Below, piece by piece: positions 11,317-21,750 of a stretch of DNA of 64,000 nucleotides; positions within the stretch are counted from its first letter, which is position 1, and each line of letters begins with the position of its first letter. The translations under genes were made by a program, and so were the position numbers. The notes beneath the pieces are model-generated. The model was not told the DNA's origin. It saw only the letters and a list, made by a program, of their open reading frames with translations, and ran no database searches. Source of the stretch: an uncultured Acidobacteriaceae bacterium (GTDB lineage Bacteria; Acidobacteriota; Terriglobia; Terriglobales; Acidobacteriaceae); assembly GCA_964246225.1 (NCBI GenBank), contig CAXTQE010000002.1:7229-71228 (forward strand), read 5' to 3'.

Positions 11317-12975
11317 CTAGCTGAGCAAAGGTAGCACCTCATGCGAAATGGCAACTTCGATCAGCGTCGGCCGCGGCGAATGCAGGGCGTTGATATACAC
11401 CTCGCGAATGTCCTCGGCGGTCGTGACGCGATGAGCGTCTACGCCGTAGCCGTGCGCCAGCGCAACGAAATCGATGCCGGGTAGGTCCAGGCCCGGCACA
11501 TGTGGCGTGTTTTCTTCTTCCGCGAACGATTTCAGAATGGCGTATTGCTCATTCCGCAGTACGAACACAACCAACGGCAGTTGGAGTTGTGCCGCTGTCC
11601 AAAGCGCCTGGATGGTGTAGTTGATCGATCCGTCGCCGATGAGCGCAGTTACGGATCGGACCGCACCTTTGGCGGTCGTTTCCAGATCTTTCTGAGCAAG
11701 TGCAATGCCGACCGCTGCAGGCAAACCGAAGCCGAGGATGCCACTAGCGAAAGTGAAGTAGCTTTGCGGCTCATTCATCTTCCATGCTTTTGCAAGTGCC
11801 TTCATGTTTGAAGCGGACTCTCCAACGACAATGCCGTGTTCTGGAGCAATAGACGCAAGCAAACTGAAGAACTGCTCCGGCGCAAGAAACTTCGTGGCGC
11901 CGTCATTACCGGAAGGACTTTCGACAGACTTTTCTTTTCTCTTTTCGAAATCGGGGCGGCGTTCTTTGGTCATCTGGGCAAGCTGCTCGAGGGCCAGCTC
12001 TGGAGCAGCCAGCAGGCTGTCACCCACCGGTGCTCGTGCGGCCTCATCCGGATCATCCGTTAGATGAAGCAGTTCTGCGCCTTTGGGAAGGTAATCGCCC
12101 GGAACATAAGGGTAGTAGCGGAAGACCGGTGCACCCGCAACTAGGATAAGGTCATGGCCTTTCAACGTGTCGGAGAGAGGCTTGATGGCGAACGGCAGAG
12201 CACCCTGATACTGTGGATGGGATTGTGGAAACGAGGCACGTTCCGAGCCGGGAGCGGCGTACACAGGAATGCCGAGATGCTCCGCAAGGCTGACTGCGGC
12301 ACGCCATCCCTCACCGATCGTCTCCGTCTTGTCGAGCGCAGCGCCGACGACCAGAACCGGGTGTTTGCTCGCGTTGATGCGATGAGCGAAATCCGCAAGC
12401 CGCTGGATATCGGGGGCAGAGCGACGGCTGACCGTCCGAACCACAGCCTCGCCCTCCGCCTCTTCATCCCAGTCGTCCAGCGGGATCGAGAGGAACACCG
12501 GACCCTGCGGAGGCTGAAGTGCCATAGCATACGCACGCATGATGGCAGCCGGAACATCCTGTGCCTGTTTTGGCTCGTAGCTCCACTTCACCCAGGGCCG
12601 GGGCATCCGCGTGGCGTCCACGTTGGTAAGCCACGGCTCCAGCAGGAGCATCTTCCGGGTCTGCTGGCCAGCCGTTACGATCAACGGCGTCTTGTTCTGG
12701 AACGCAGTCGTCAGGTTTGCCATCAGGTTCCCCATGCCGGCAGCCGTGTGCACGTTCACTAAAGCTGGGCGCCGCAAGGCCTGCGAGTAACCGTCCGCCA
12801 TTGAGATCACAGTCGCTTCATGCAAGCCGAGGATGTATCGAAAGTCTTTCGGGAAATTCTGGAGGAAGCTCTCTTCTGTTGACCCAGGATTGCCGAAGAT
12901 GGTGGTGAGTCGCAATTTGCGCAGCAGATCGTATGTGACATCGCGAACGGTGGCCATATCTTGTTCGATGCTCAT
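11317..12975 (-). CDS. mdlC: benzoylformate decarboxylase (ThDP-dependent)
   Basis: TVRDVTYDLLR..TIFGNPGSTE, NVHTAAG, GDGS...N ThDP motif, VPGLDLPGIDF. Confidence 0.85.
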   Translation of the reverse strand: MSIEQDMATVRDVTYDLLRKLRLTTIFGNPGSTEESFLQNFPKDFRYILGLHEATVISMADGYSQALRRPALVNVHTAAGMGNLMANLTTAFQNKTPLIVTAGQQTRKMLLLEPWLTNVDATRMPRPWVKWSYEPKQAQDVPAAIMRAYAMALQPPQGPVFLSIPLDDWDEEAEGEAVVRTVSRRSAPDIQRLADFAHRINASKHPVLVVGAALDKTETIGEGWRAAVSLAEHLGIPVYAAPGSERASFPQSHPQYQGALPFAIKPLSDTLKGHDLILVAGAPVFRYYPYVPGDYLPKGAELLHLTDDPDEAARAPVGDSLLAAPELALEQLAQMTKERRPDFEKRKEKSVESPSGNDGATKFLAPEQFFSLLASIAPEHGIVVGESASNMKALAKAWKMNEPQSYFTFASGILGFGLPAAVGIALAQKDLETTAKGAVRSVTALIGDGSINYTIQALWTAAQLQLPLVVFVLRNEQYAILKSFAEEENTPHVPGLDLPGIDFVALAHGYGVDAHRVTTAEDIREVYINALHSPRPTLIEVAISHEVLPLLS

Positions 12976-13051
12976 TGTGCGTATGGCGGATATCGGCGGG
13001 CGTTGCCTGCCTTCTTCAGTGTTTCCTCAGGCCTCTTACTGTCCACGAAGA

Positions 13052-13722
13052 CCCCTAAGCTCAAACCACTTGCAGAACAGACCATCGTCACTACCGGTGC
13101 TTCCAGTGGTATCGGCCTTGCCACGCGAAAGCCGCCGCCGCGAAAGGTGCAACAGTCGTGCTGGCGTCGCGCAGTGAAGATGCGTTGAAGCGGATCGTTA
13201 CCGATCTTAAAGCCTCTGGTTGGAAAGGCATCTACGTCGTGACGGATGTGAGCAAGCGCGAGGATATCGACCAGCTGGCAAAGGTGACGGTGGAAAAGTT
13301 CAGCGGCTTCAATACCTGGGTGAACAACGCCGGCCTAGGACTGTTCGGCCGCTTGGAAGACGTGTTCGACGTGGATCACCGGCAGATGTTCGACATCAAT
13401 TTTTGGGGCGTCGTGTACGGCTCGACCACGGCATTACGAACGCTAAAGAAGGCCGGCGGCGCACTGATCAACCTAGGCAGCGTCGCTTCAGACTTCGCGT
13501 TTCCCATCCAGAGCATGTACTCCGTCACAAAGCACGCCATCAAGGGCTTCACGGATGCGCTCCGCCGCGAGTTAATCGACGAAGAAGCTCCGGTGTCGGT
13601 GACGCTCATCCAACCGGCATCGATCGGGACACCATTCCCTCTACACGCAAAGAACTACTATGAGGCGAAGCCGAACCTGCCGCCGCCGGTCTATGCCCCG
13701 GAATCCGTAGTGGATGCCATTC
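13052..13722 (+). pseudogene. SDR oxidoreductase, frameshifted and 3' truncated by IS5
   Basis: PKLKPLAEQTIVTTGASSGIGLAT, then WVNNAG and YSVTK in another frame. Ends at the IS end (CTAG 13723). Confidence 0.8.
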
Positions 13723-14610
13723 CTAGAGTCTGTTATGAACTCTGAAGCTAGCTAGGTTCTTTGCTGGGGTTGTTTCTTTGCCAAGCATGGAGGTATGGCG
13801 AAGGTTCGTAAGGGGTATCCGTCGGATGTGACGGATGAGGAGTGGTGGTTTGTGCTGCGGTATTTGCTTCTGTGCCGCGAAGATGCCGGGCAGCGGGAGC
13901 ATGATCTGCGTGCTGTGTTCAACGCGGTGCGGTACATGGCGCGGAGCGGCTGTTCGTGGCGTTTGATCCCGAACGATTTGCCGCGGTGGGCGGCGGTGTA
14001 CCAGCAGTTCCGGCGCTGGCTGGATGCGGGTGTGTTCGAGGCGCTGGTGTCCGATGTGCAGTCGATCGTGCGCGAGTGGGCCGGGCGCAAGGGCCAGCCG
14101 ACGGCGGTCTCGATGGACAGCCGCACGCCGCAGTCCACGCCCGAAGCGGTGCGCGGGCCGGCTATGACGGGGCCAAGCGGCGCAAGGGTTCCAAGGTCCA
14201 CATCGCGGTCGACACGCTTGGGCACCTGCTAGCGCTTACCGTGACGCCGGCCGACCAGGGCGATCGCGATCAGGTTGCGCCGCTGGCCAAACAGGTCCAG
14301 CAGGTCACCGGAAGCACGGTGGAGTTGGCCTATGTCGACTAGGGCTACACCGGTCCGAACGCCACCGAGGCCGCCCAACAGCACGGCATACGGCTCGAAG
14401 TGGTCAAGCACCCGAGGGCAAAAAGAGGTTTCGTGCTCCTGCCGCGCCGATGGGTCGTCGAACGCTCCTTCGCCTGGGCAGCACGCTTCCGACGCCTGGC
14501 CAGAGACTACGAACGCCTGTCCAACACACTCGGAGGCATACACTTCATCGCCTTCGCCATGCTCATGACCAGCAGACTCACCAAACTCGCAACTTCATAA
14601 CACCCTCTAG
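13723..14610 (+). mobile_element. IS5-family element, about 0.88 kb, inactive transposase
   Basis: Ends CTAGAGTCTGTTATGAA (13723) and TTCATAACACCCTCTAG (to 14610). Transposase 13795-14600 has [30 protein letters not shown] and [10 protein letters not shown], with a frameshift near 14144 and TAG at 14340. Confidence 0.92.
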
Positions 14611-15168
14611 TTCCCCATTGGCGATCGCGGGATTGCCGCGCTGCCAAAAATCCCGCATGGCTTCTCTGTCGTTTTTCTCGCGGTTGACCACCAAGGATCG
14701 GATTGCCTGAATGAATTGCCTGTGGCTGAAAACATAAACCAGCGCATCCTCTGCCATCCAAGCTAGGCGCTCCAGAGCTCCTTCGGCACGACGCAGAAGC
14801 ATCGCAAAGCTCTCCGCTCCCGGCCCGTCGCAATACTCTGGATCGCAACTCGCCCAATACTTTTCGATGTGGGGCATTCGCTCTGCGCTCAGCGTCCCAT
14901 TCCATTGATCCGGCTGCAGGTAGGTGAACTCCTGGATCGGCCAAATCTCGACCGGCACCGATACAAATCGCTCGATGGTTGGTACCGGAGTTTGTTGGGT
15001 GCGGAGATAAGGCGAAGTCACAATTAGGCTGGGAGTTTCGGTCCGGTTTGCTGCTACTTCCCGTGCCTGATTCCAGCCTAGTTCGGTCAGCTCCAACAGC
15101 GAAAGATCGTGAGTCGGGATGCCAGCATTCCCGGTGCTTTGTCCATGGCGAACGAAGATTGCTCTCAT
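14578..15168 (-). CDS. histidine phosphatase (phosphoglycerate mutase family); C-terminus replaced by IS sequence
   Basis: [18 protein letters not shown]. The last residues (EGVMKLRVW) are read from the IS end. Confidence 0.8.
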   Translation of the reverse strand: MRAIFVRHGQSTGNAGIPTHDLSLLELTELGWNQAREVAANRTETPSLIVTSPYLRTQQTPVPTIERFVSVPVEIWPIQEFTYLQPDQWNGTLSAERMPHIEKYWASCDPEYCDGPGAESFAMLLRRAEGALERLAWMAEDALVYVFSHRQFIQAIRSLVVNREKNDREAMRDFWQRGNPAIANGELEGVMKLRVW

Positions 15169-15227
15169 ACCTGGATTACCATTGTCTCCGTCCGATCAAT
15201 GCTCCTAAAGATCTCAAACCTACGCCA

Positions 15228-15452
15228 CTAGATGATTCTCCTGGCTTTGATGAAGGGCAAAACTGCCGCACTTATCAGAATCAACCCAGCGATGAAAAGG
15301 AGGTGAAGGTAGAGGAGCCCAACCGCGAAAAGCAGAACGGAAAGGATACCCATACCCGGCCTCAGCTGACGCCTTCTGTGGACTCCGCAACTGGCACAGA
15401 CGATGGCAACGGGATTGATGAGGGACCTACAAAGGCCGCACAGTTCACCCAT
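15228..15452 (-). CDS. small Zn-ribbon plus two-TM hypothetical protein
   Basis: CGLC...CASC followed by two hydrophobic segments. Lies downstream of the XRE gene. Confidence 0.45.
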   Translation of the reverse strand: MGELCGLCRSLINPVAIVCASCGVHRRRQLRPGMGILSVLLFAVGLLYLHLLFIAGLILISAAVLPFIKARRII

Positions 15453-15490
15453 GTGCCGCTTGGTCCAGGTAAATAGGTTGAGAGCTAAAT

Positions 15491-15775
15491 TTACGGGTCT
15501 TTCGGACGGCCTTTCGCCTGATGCTTTTCGGCCAGAGCGAGCAGTTTGCTTGCGGGCAGCTCGAAAAGCTGAGCGATGTTAAACATGGTTCGGAGCGTAG
15601 GGCTTTTCTTGCCCCGTTCGACCTGACCGATATAGCTGAGGTGATAACCGAGCGCATGAGCAAGATCCTCTTGAGTCATGCCACGCTTGGTGCGCAGCTC
15701 CGTCACCGCCATTCCGAAGGCTTCTTCGGGGGTATGGGCGATGCGTTCAACGGCTGCTCCGATCGGTCTGGCCAC
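15491..15775 (-). CDS. XRE-family HTH regulator (controller-protein-like)
   Basis: AFGMAVTELRTKRGMTQEDLAHALGYHLSYIGQVERGKKSPTL. Confidence 0.85.
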   Translation of the reverse strand: MARPIGAAVERIAHTPEEAFGMAVTELRTKRGMTQEDLAHALGYHLSYIGQVERGKKSPTLRTMFNIAQLFELPASKLLALAEKHQAKGRPKDP

Positions 15776-16474
15776 ACAGCCATGGTTCCGGGTCGGACAG
15801 ACTTGTAATAGCTACTATAGTGCGTGTTACGGTTTCAGTACACGAGGTAAATAATGGGCCTGACGACAGAAAGCACGATTCCTGATCCGCGCGGCACCGA
15901 CCATGGGCTTTGTTCTTGGATTTGCTCTGGGATGACGCTACTGACGCGCAGGTAGAACGTCGCGCCGAGCTGAAGTGGAAAGACTGAGATCGAAGCTACT
16001 TTCTGAGATGGATGAGCGGCTAGCACGCAATTTAAAGCTCGACATCGCAGAGGTAGAGAGCCGCAAACAGCACTTTACGTCGGAAGGTCGTTACCAAGGC
16101 ATTGTTTTTGGTGTTTTTGGGATGTTGCTGCTTGTGGCCCTGCTCGCAATTGCTACTCACCATCGATAGGAGCGGCGCCCAGAGGTTCATCGGAGACTTC
16201 GTGCCAGCTGAGTGACTTGAAGCTTGAATGTAAATTATTCGACACTCGTATTGCTCTTAGCAGCTCAATCTTGCACAAGGCTTGTAGGCGCGATCTCTGC
16301 ATATTTGGTGAGCTGTGCCCTTGTTTTGTGTGTATCGGCCTCCTACCTGGCTTTCTGTCGATTGGCGACGTATTCAATTTATTGTTAAGACTGCCAATAG
16401 CCAACCCTAATAGAGAAGTTGTGGTTTCTGCCGTTGACTGCTTTCCAGATTAGCCATGTGATAGAGGTCTCCAC

Positions 16475-16787
16475 CAATCCACACTGATCTGCTCCTGATC
16501 CACATGTCTCTTTTATTCTCATGTATTCTCTTGCTTACTATTGGCATACGCGGAAGTACGGGTGGAAATACGTGGAGGTACGGGTTTTCATACGCGTAAG
16601 TACAAAATCTCCTACGCGGAGGTACGGTAAGAAATCTCAATCTGCACAGAATTGTGTGGATCGTTCCATACGCGGAGGTACGGCTCTCGCACTGCATAGT
16701 GTCATCGCCCCCGCGCAATGCGTTTCGAGGATCATTCCTATGCCAAAGCACAAGGAATGGCAGCAATGGTCCTACGCAGAGGTACGG
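16475..16787. repeat. iteron array / putative plasmid replication origin
   Basis: Consensus TACGCGGAGGTACGG at 16547, 16569, 16591 and 16613 (exact 22-bp period), plus 16669 and 16773. AT-rich tract about 16505-16545. TGATCCACA at 16496 (1 mismatch to DnaA box TTATCCACA), CAATCCACA at 16475, TGTGGATCG near 16655. Confidence 0.75.
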
Positions 16788-16939
16788 CGCACGCTTGTAA
16801 GCCAGGAGACGGGGCGGGGCATTGGTTTGGCCTCCCGCTCCTCGCGAATCAGGAGCAATGACGCCAGTCTAGAGGCTTTCCGGAGGAAGAGGAACACCTG
16901 CTAGATCTCGCATCTTGTCACCTTGTCAGTTAGCTGCTG

Positions 16940-16972
16940 TAGCATCTGAGAAGTATACATTCTCAGATGCTA
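16940..16972. other. 13-7-13 perfect inverted repeat (lox-like recombination site or operator)
   Basis: TAGCATCTGAGAA-GTATACA-TTCTCAGATGCTA. Confidence 0.55.
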
Positions 16973-17191
16973 GACAGGTAGAAGGACGCTGAAAGCCGAA
17001 TCTAGAGCCAGGCAGGACTTCAGGCAGCAAAGAGAGAAAATGCTGGAACCGGAAAGGATGGAGGTACGGAGGAGGTAGTCGAAGGGGAGGAACTGACCAC
17101 CCGTCCCGCGGTTCCGGATCAGGCACTCGGCGGAGAGCGGCTGCACGCCTAGGCCCGGACTTTCCTCCGGGCGTCCAAAGCTCCCTCCACT

Positions 17192-17340
17192 CTCTGCCCG
17201 ATCACCGCTCTCGGCCAATGGCTTGAAGCAGCCGGGATCGTTGAGGGCGCGCTCTCCGCGAGGTCGATCGGCACGGCAGAGTAGGAGAGCCGGGAATCCA
17301 TTGGGATTCGGTGAGCGGCATCTTGAAACTGAGCCGCCCA
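17192..17340 (+). pseudogene. Cre-like tyrosine recombinase internal fragment
   Basis: LCPITALGQWLEAAGIVEGAL, frameshift, then REVDRHGRVGEPGIHWDSVSGILK. Matches the CPVxALxxWLxxAGIxxGxLFRxVDRHG segment of Cre-like integrases. Confidence 0.65.
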
Positions 17341-17423
17341 ACTAATTTCTTGCGTAGAGTTTAGAGTAAGCTGAAGCACTATTCACGTCTGTACAAACCT
17401 GATCACCCTATCGTGAGGTCCCT

Positions 17424-19127
17424 ATGAAGTCCTCGGCTTTGCTACTACCCGTATATCTGTGTCTTGGTACGTTGCTGCCTAACATTGGCGCAGCACAGGT
17501 CATCGTTGCCTCCACTGTTCCACAAACCGGCACCTCGCAGCCCATCTCGCCCGAACCGGCCGTCGCGCGACCATCCACCACTCCCTGCGTGGTTTCGTTG
17601 TTCTCCAACCTTCCTTTCAACGACTACGGAACGCGCACCCTCAGCTTTACGCCACCTTCGGGCTGTACCGGTCCATGGAGCAAGGTTGTGCTCACGGCAG
17701 ATATCACCGTCACCGCTGGGCGCCAGTTCGACCGCACTGCCAAGTTCTTTCTCGGCGGTGCCAACATCTACTTCGGCACTACTGCTGAGCCGCGCGCCAC
17801 CCTGTCGCCCTCCTGGCATATAGAACGCGATCTTACCGACTACAGCGCGCTCTTCACGGTGCCGCAGGTGGGTGTGGCCAGCATCCAGAATATTGTTAAT
17901 TCCACCTATACCGGCCTGATCTACGGCTCCGCGACGCTGCTCTTCTATCCGGCCAATGCCGCCAATCCCGCGCCCGCCGTGCCTTCTGTGGTACTTCCCC
18001 TTGCAAACAACACCACCACGCGTGTCAGTTCCACCACCGATCAGCAGGCAGCCACCTTCACGCTGCCGCGCAACGTCACCCGTGCTTACCTTGACGTCAT
18101 CTCGCAGTCACAGTCCACCGACGAATTCTGGTACACCTGTGTCCCCAATAACGATGCCGGGCCGTTGGAGAACTGTGGCAACTCCGCCTTTCGCGAGACC
18201 GAAATCACCATCGACGGCATTCCAGCCGGTGTTGCACCCGTTTACCCCTGGATTTATACCGGCGGCATCGATCCTTACCTGTGGGAGCCTTTGCCCGGCG
18301 TGGAAACATTGAATTTCAAGCCTTATCGCGTAGACCTCACCCCGTTTGCCGGCCTGCTTTCGGACGGCACTCCGCATACCGTTGCGGTCTCTGTATTCAA
18401 CGCCGACAGCGGCTTTGATGAAGCTTCGACACTTCTGCTCTACACCGATCCGAATGCAGCAACGGTATCCGGCGGCATCACGGTCAACACCCTTGCCGCT
18501 TTACCCACACCGCAGATTGATCAAGCTCTGAATACTGCTGCCGACGGCACCGTCTCTGGTCCCGTCAACGTCCGCTCACAACGCGCGTGGACCATCTCCG
18601 GATACGTCATTACCTCGTCTGGCCGCGTCGACACCACACTGCAGGCCTCGAACTCCTTCAGCAACCTGCAGGATGAAAAGGTTTCCGATAGTTCTAATAT
18701 CTACAAGCAGAATATCTCGCAGGACACCGAACAACAGGAACTCGTCACCACAACTTCTGCCAGCGGAACGATACAGACGCAGCACAACGCCAGCTATCCG
18801 CTGGTCGTCCTTTATGACCAGACGCCCGATGACAACAACGATGGCGGTTTCTACATCGCCAACTATGTCAAACAGCAAAAGCTTGATGCCTTGCGCACAC
18901 CCTTCGGCGGCAACAGCACACCAGTCACGAGTACCGAGGTGGTCGAGTCCTCGGACACCCTGCGCTACAGTGCGGCTGGTAGCTTGCTTGGCCACGACAC
19001 GAATCACACTACCTCAACCTACGGAGCCAAGAATGCTCAAGGCAATTGCATCTACCGCGGTTTGACGGCCGACCAATTGATCCTCACTCAGGTGAACGAC
19101 AGCACCAGCTGTTCGCTCGTACCATAG
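17424..19127 (+). CDS. peptide:N-glycanase A family (acid PNGase, PNGase H+-like), secreted
   Basis: Signal peptide, GRQFDRTA, FGTTAEP, ERDLTDYS, DEFWYTCVP, FRE and PWIYTGGIDPYLWEP. Confidence 0.88.
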   Translation: MKSSALLLPVYLCLGTLLPNIGAAQVIVASTVPQTGTSQPISPEPAVARPSTTPCVVSLFSNLPFNDYGTRTLSFTPPSGCTGPWSKVVLTADITVTAGRQFDRTAKFFLGGANIYFGTTAEPRATLSPSWHIERDLTDYSALFTVPQVGVASIQNIVNSTYTGLIYGSATLLFYPANAANPAPAVPSVVLPLANNTTTRVSSTTDQQAATFTLPRNVTRAYLDVISQSQSTDEFWYTCVPNNDAGPLENCGNSAFRETEITIDGIPAGVAPVYPWIYTGGIDPYLWEPLPGVETLNFKPYRVDLTPFAGLLSDGTPHTVAVSVFNADSGFDEASTLLLYTDPNAATVSGGITVNTLAALPTPQIDQALNTAADGTVSGPVNVRSQRAWTISGYVITSSGRVDTTLQASNSFSNLQDEKVSDSSNIYKQNISQDTEQQELVTTTSASGTIQTQHNASYPLVVLYDQTPDDNNDGGFYIANYVKQQKLDALRTPFGGNSTPVTSTEVVESSDTLRYSAAGSLLGHDTNHTTSTYGAKNAQGNCIYRGLTADQLILTQVNDSTSCSLVP

Positions 19128-20641
19128 TCTGTGGTGAGTTGCCTGCGAAGTTACCCGTACCAGGATAGCTGATGATTTGCCGGTGCCGCGTGGGTCGCGT
19201 GAGCGGACCATAGGACAATGGCAGTCCGCGCACGGTGGGGCCGTGACCGATCCGGCCTCCTTGTCTGTGGTGGCTGGCTCCTCGGTCTGTGTCGGCTGGT
19301 CGGTCTGGGTCGGAGTCGGGACGAGATAGAAGCCAATGCCTTTCTCTGACTTGATCAAAAGGCCGGCGCACCGCTTCTGCTCGACGGCGGTGACGCTCTT
19401 GATGCCGGTCAGCTTGTCGAAGGGGACGGTGATGGAAAGCTTGCCCTCCGACGCTGTAGTTGTGGAGAACGGACACAGCAACCCTATTAACCTTATGGAT
19501 GTAGGATCAACCGCAACGCGGCGAAGCCCAGCAACGGCAAGCGCCGCCTTCCTCTGGCTTGTTCTTGTCAGCTAAAGTTCTGCCATCCTCGGCAAGCATG
19601 GCCCGTTCATAGGCAATCCGGTTGGTATTGTGAGCAACCCAGTGGGAAGTATGGGCAATGATACGGGCGTGGGCCGGAGCTGCAAGCTTCGCCGCCCTGT
19701 GTCCCAGCTCACCCTATGAGAGGTTGGTGGCAGCGACAACAAGGATGCAGGCGAAAGATCATTGCTGAACGTAGCACTGCTGGAGGCAAGGATCAAAACT
19801 ACTTGACACGTCCTTGGGTCGGGCCTAAGTTGATTGGTGTGAAGTCATACTCCAACACGCTCTGTTGTACGCCGATGGTTCCTTTTGGCAAACAGGATGA
19901 CGTGTCTCTGTCGATCTAGTCTCGAAGTTTCATCTCGACACCTAGAGTCCTGCTTACCAATTGGCGAAGCAGGATTTACTTTGCGCTCACTATGCTGAAC
20001 CCATGATAAAGGGCTGTCGAATGACGTTCTCGTCTGCTTTAGAGCGACCTCACTTGCAGGTGTATTCTCCACGTAATCCCGTTCTTAGGCCTGATCATTC
20101 TGCTTCTTAGAGGACTGATGATCGTGTTGAGGTCCTTTTCCAGCGTTTCTGCAGTTCTGTCTCCTTCAGCACGAAACGCAAGGGTGACTTGGTCCGAGGA
20201 GCCTGTTCGATGACACTGCAATCATGGAACTTGTTTTTGCACACCTACTGCTGGCGGTCCGGAGTGTGCTTCGCTGTACTGCTGGATGGCGCCGCAGATC
20301 ATCTCGTCGCGCAGCCTTCGGCAGGCCTGTCGTGAAGCCGAACTATGCGTTAGAACGCAAGCAGGGAGCTGATGAGATTACGGAACCTTACTGCTGAATG
20401 TCGCTGATCGCACTTAGAGAAGTCAAGCCCAGGATAACGTCGGTGGGTTCAGCAAAGGACAACTCACTGGTCATCGATCATACCCCGGCTCATCTGCTTG
20501 AACTGGAGAGCAAAGATGGCAGGACGCGCATCTGGTCTGCTGACTTAATCTTGACTTTTGACAGCAAGGGCGTGGAAAGCATGACGGAGGTGCCACTCAG
20601 CGAAAGAGCTGACGATGCTCTAGTGAGCGGCACTATTCGTT

Positions 20642-21137
20642 ATGGGTAATAAAGCGCGGCGACAAACGATTTCTGAGAGTCAAGCCCCGGGGCTTGTTCA
20701 TAAGCGAGAACTGCGCTGGTACAGTCCGGACGATCATTACCGCGTTGCGGCCCGGTGGGTGCCCGATGCTGGTGGCCACCGGCTGCAGACAATGAACAAG
20801 CTCGGCCAACTCTCTCAGACCACTGTCCCAGAGCGCGTGGAGTTTGAACTTGACGGTCGCAAGCTGACCCTGATTCCGCTCGGAGCGCCAAAGGAGTCCT
20901 TGTGGTTTGTGTTTCGGGATGACACTTACCGGACGGACACGGACCAGGGGGGAGACGATTTCTGACAGTGAAAGCTCCTGCAATGGGACTAAAAAAAACC
21001 GGCGGCTTGCAGCTAGATTTTAATGAAGCGGTAATCCGCCGTGTGCCTATTCGCCGTACACGACATGCCCGCTGGCGTCGAAGGACAACCGGCTTTCCAT
21101 CGCTGTTCCAGCAGGAGAGAAACGCTACGAACCTTAG
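20642..21137 (+). pseudogene. DUF1684-family protein, 5' truncated and frameshifted
   Basis: LRWYSPDDHYRVAARW, FELDG, LWFVFRD, LDFN, NPPCAYSPYTTCPL and NRL...AGEKRY across frames. Confidence 0.75.
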
Positions 21138-21360
21138 GCTTTTTGAGGAGCATCATCATGCAAGCTTCCGCAGCTGCGCTCTCTTGGAGAGTCGGAAGGC
21201 GAGATCGCAAAGTGCTTATTTAGATCAGCAGGCAAATATAGAGGCAGCAAATCCCGACAAGGACACTCTTGACTACTGAGACTTACCGATTTGCCTAGTA
21301 GACGTTAGAGGGCGAAGTCTCTGCCTCTATGAACCACAAACTTCCTACGAGGAGAACCAC

Positions 21361-21750
21361 GTGAGCAAAACCCTGGATGAAGTTCTATCAGCAAACGGAT
21401 CCTATGCCGCATCCTTCGAAGACAAATCCAAACTTGCCTTGCCCCCGGCCCGCGGTTTTGCAATCTGAACGTGCATGGACGCTCGCCTCGATCCAGCGAA
21501 ATACGCCGGGCTTGCGGAGGGTGACGCACACGTGATTCGTAATGCCGGTGGACGTGCTAGTGACAACGCAATCCGCTCCATTGTAATCAGCTGTAAGCTT
21601 CTGGGCACTTGGGAGTTCTTCGTTGTCCACCATACCGATCATGGCATGGAGTTCTTCACCAGCGAGTTTATCCGCGGTCTAGTGAACAACAGCTTGATAC
21701 AGCCGAACTGGGCCCTGGTGGTTTCCGGGATATTGGCAAGAGTCCCGGGG
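21361..21750 (+). pseudogene. beta-carbonic anhydrase (clade D), frameshifted and 3' truncated
   Basis: GGAG RBS plus [14 protein letters not shown]...[37 protein letters not shown] (normally HHTDCGM). Ends at the junction with the RT. Confidence 0.8.

Noticed and set aside
14130-14160. Programmed frameshift in the IS5 transposase
   Set aside because: No slippery A-run at the shift, and a downstream in-frame TAG points to decay.
16545-16630. Repeat array as a CRISPR
   Set aside because: Repeats are 15 bp with 7-bp gaps, far too short for spacers, and no cas genes are present. Fits iterons.
16407-16904. ORFs 16521-16904 (+) and 16407-16766 (-)
   Set aside because: They overlie the iteron and AT-rich region and their translations just reflect the repeats.
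19130-20640. Several short ORFs, including a CxxC-containing one at 19014-19481
   Set aside because: No family recognisable by eye. Probably gene debris.
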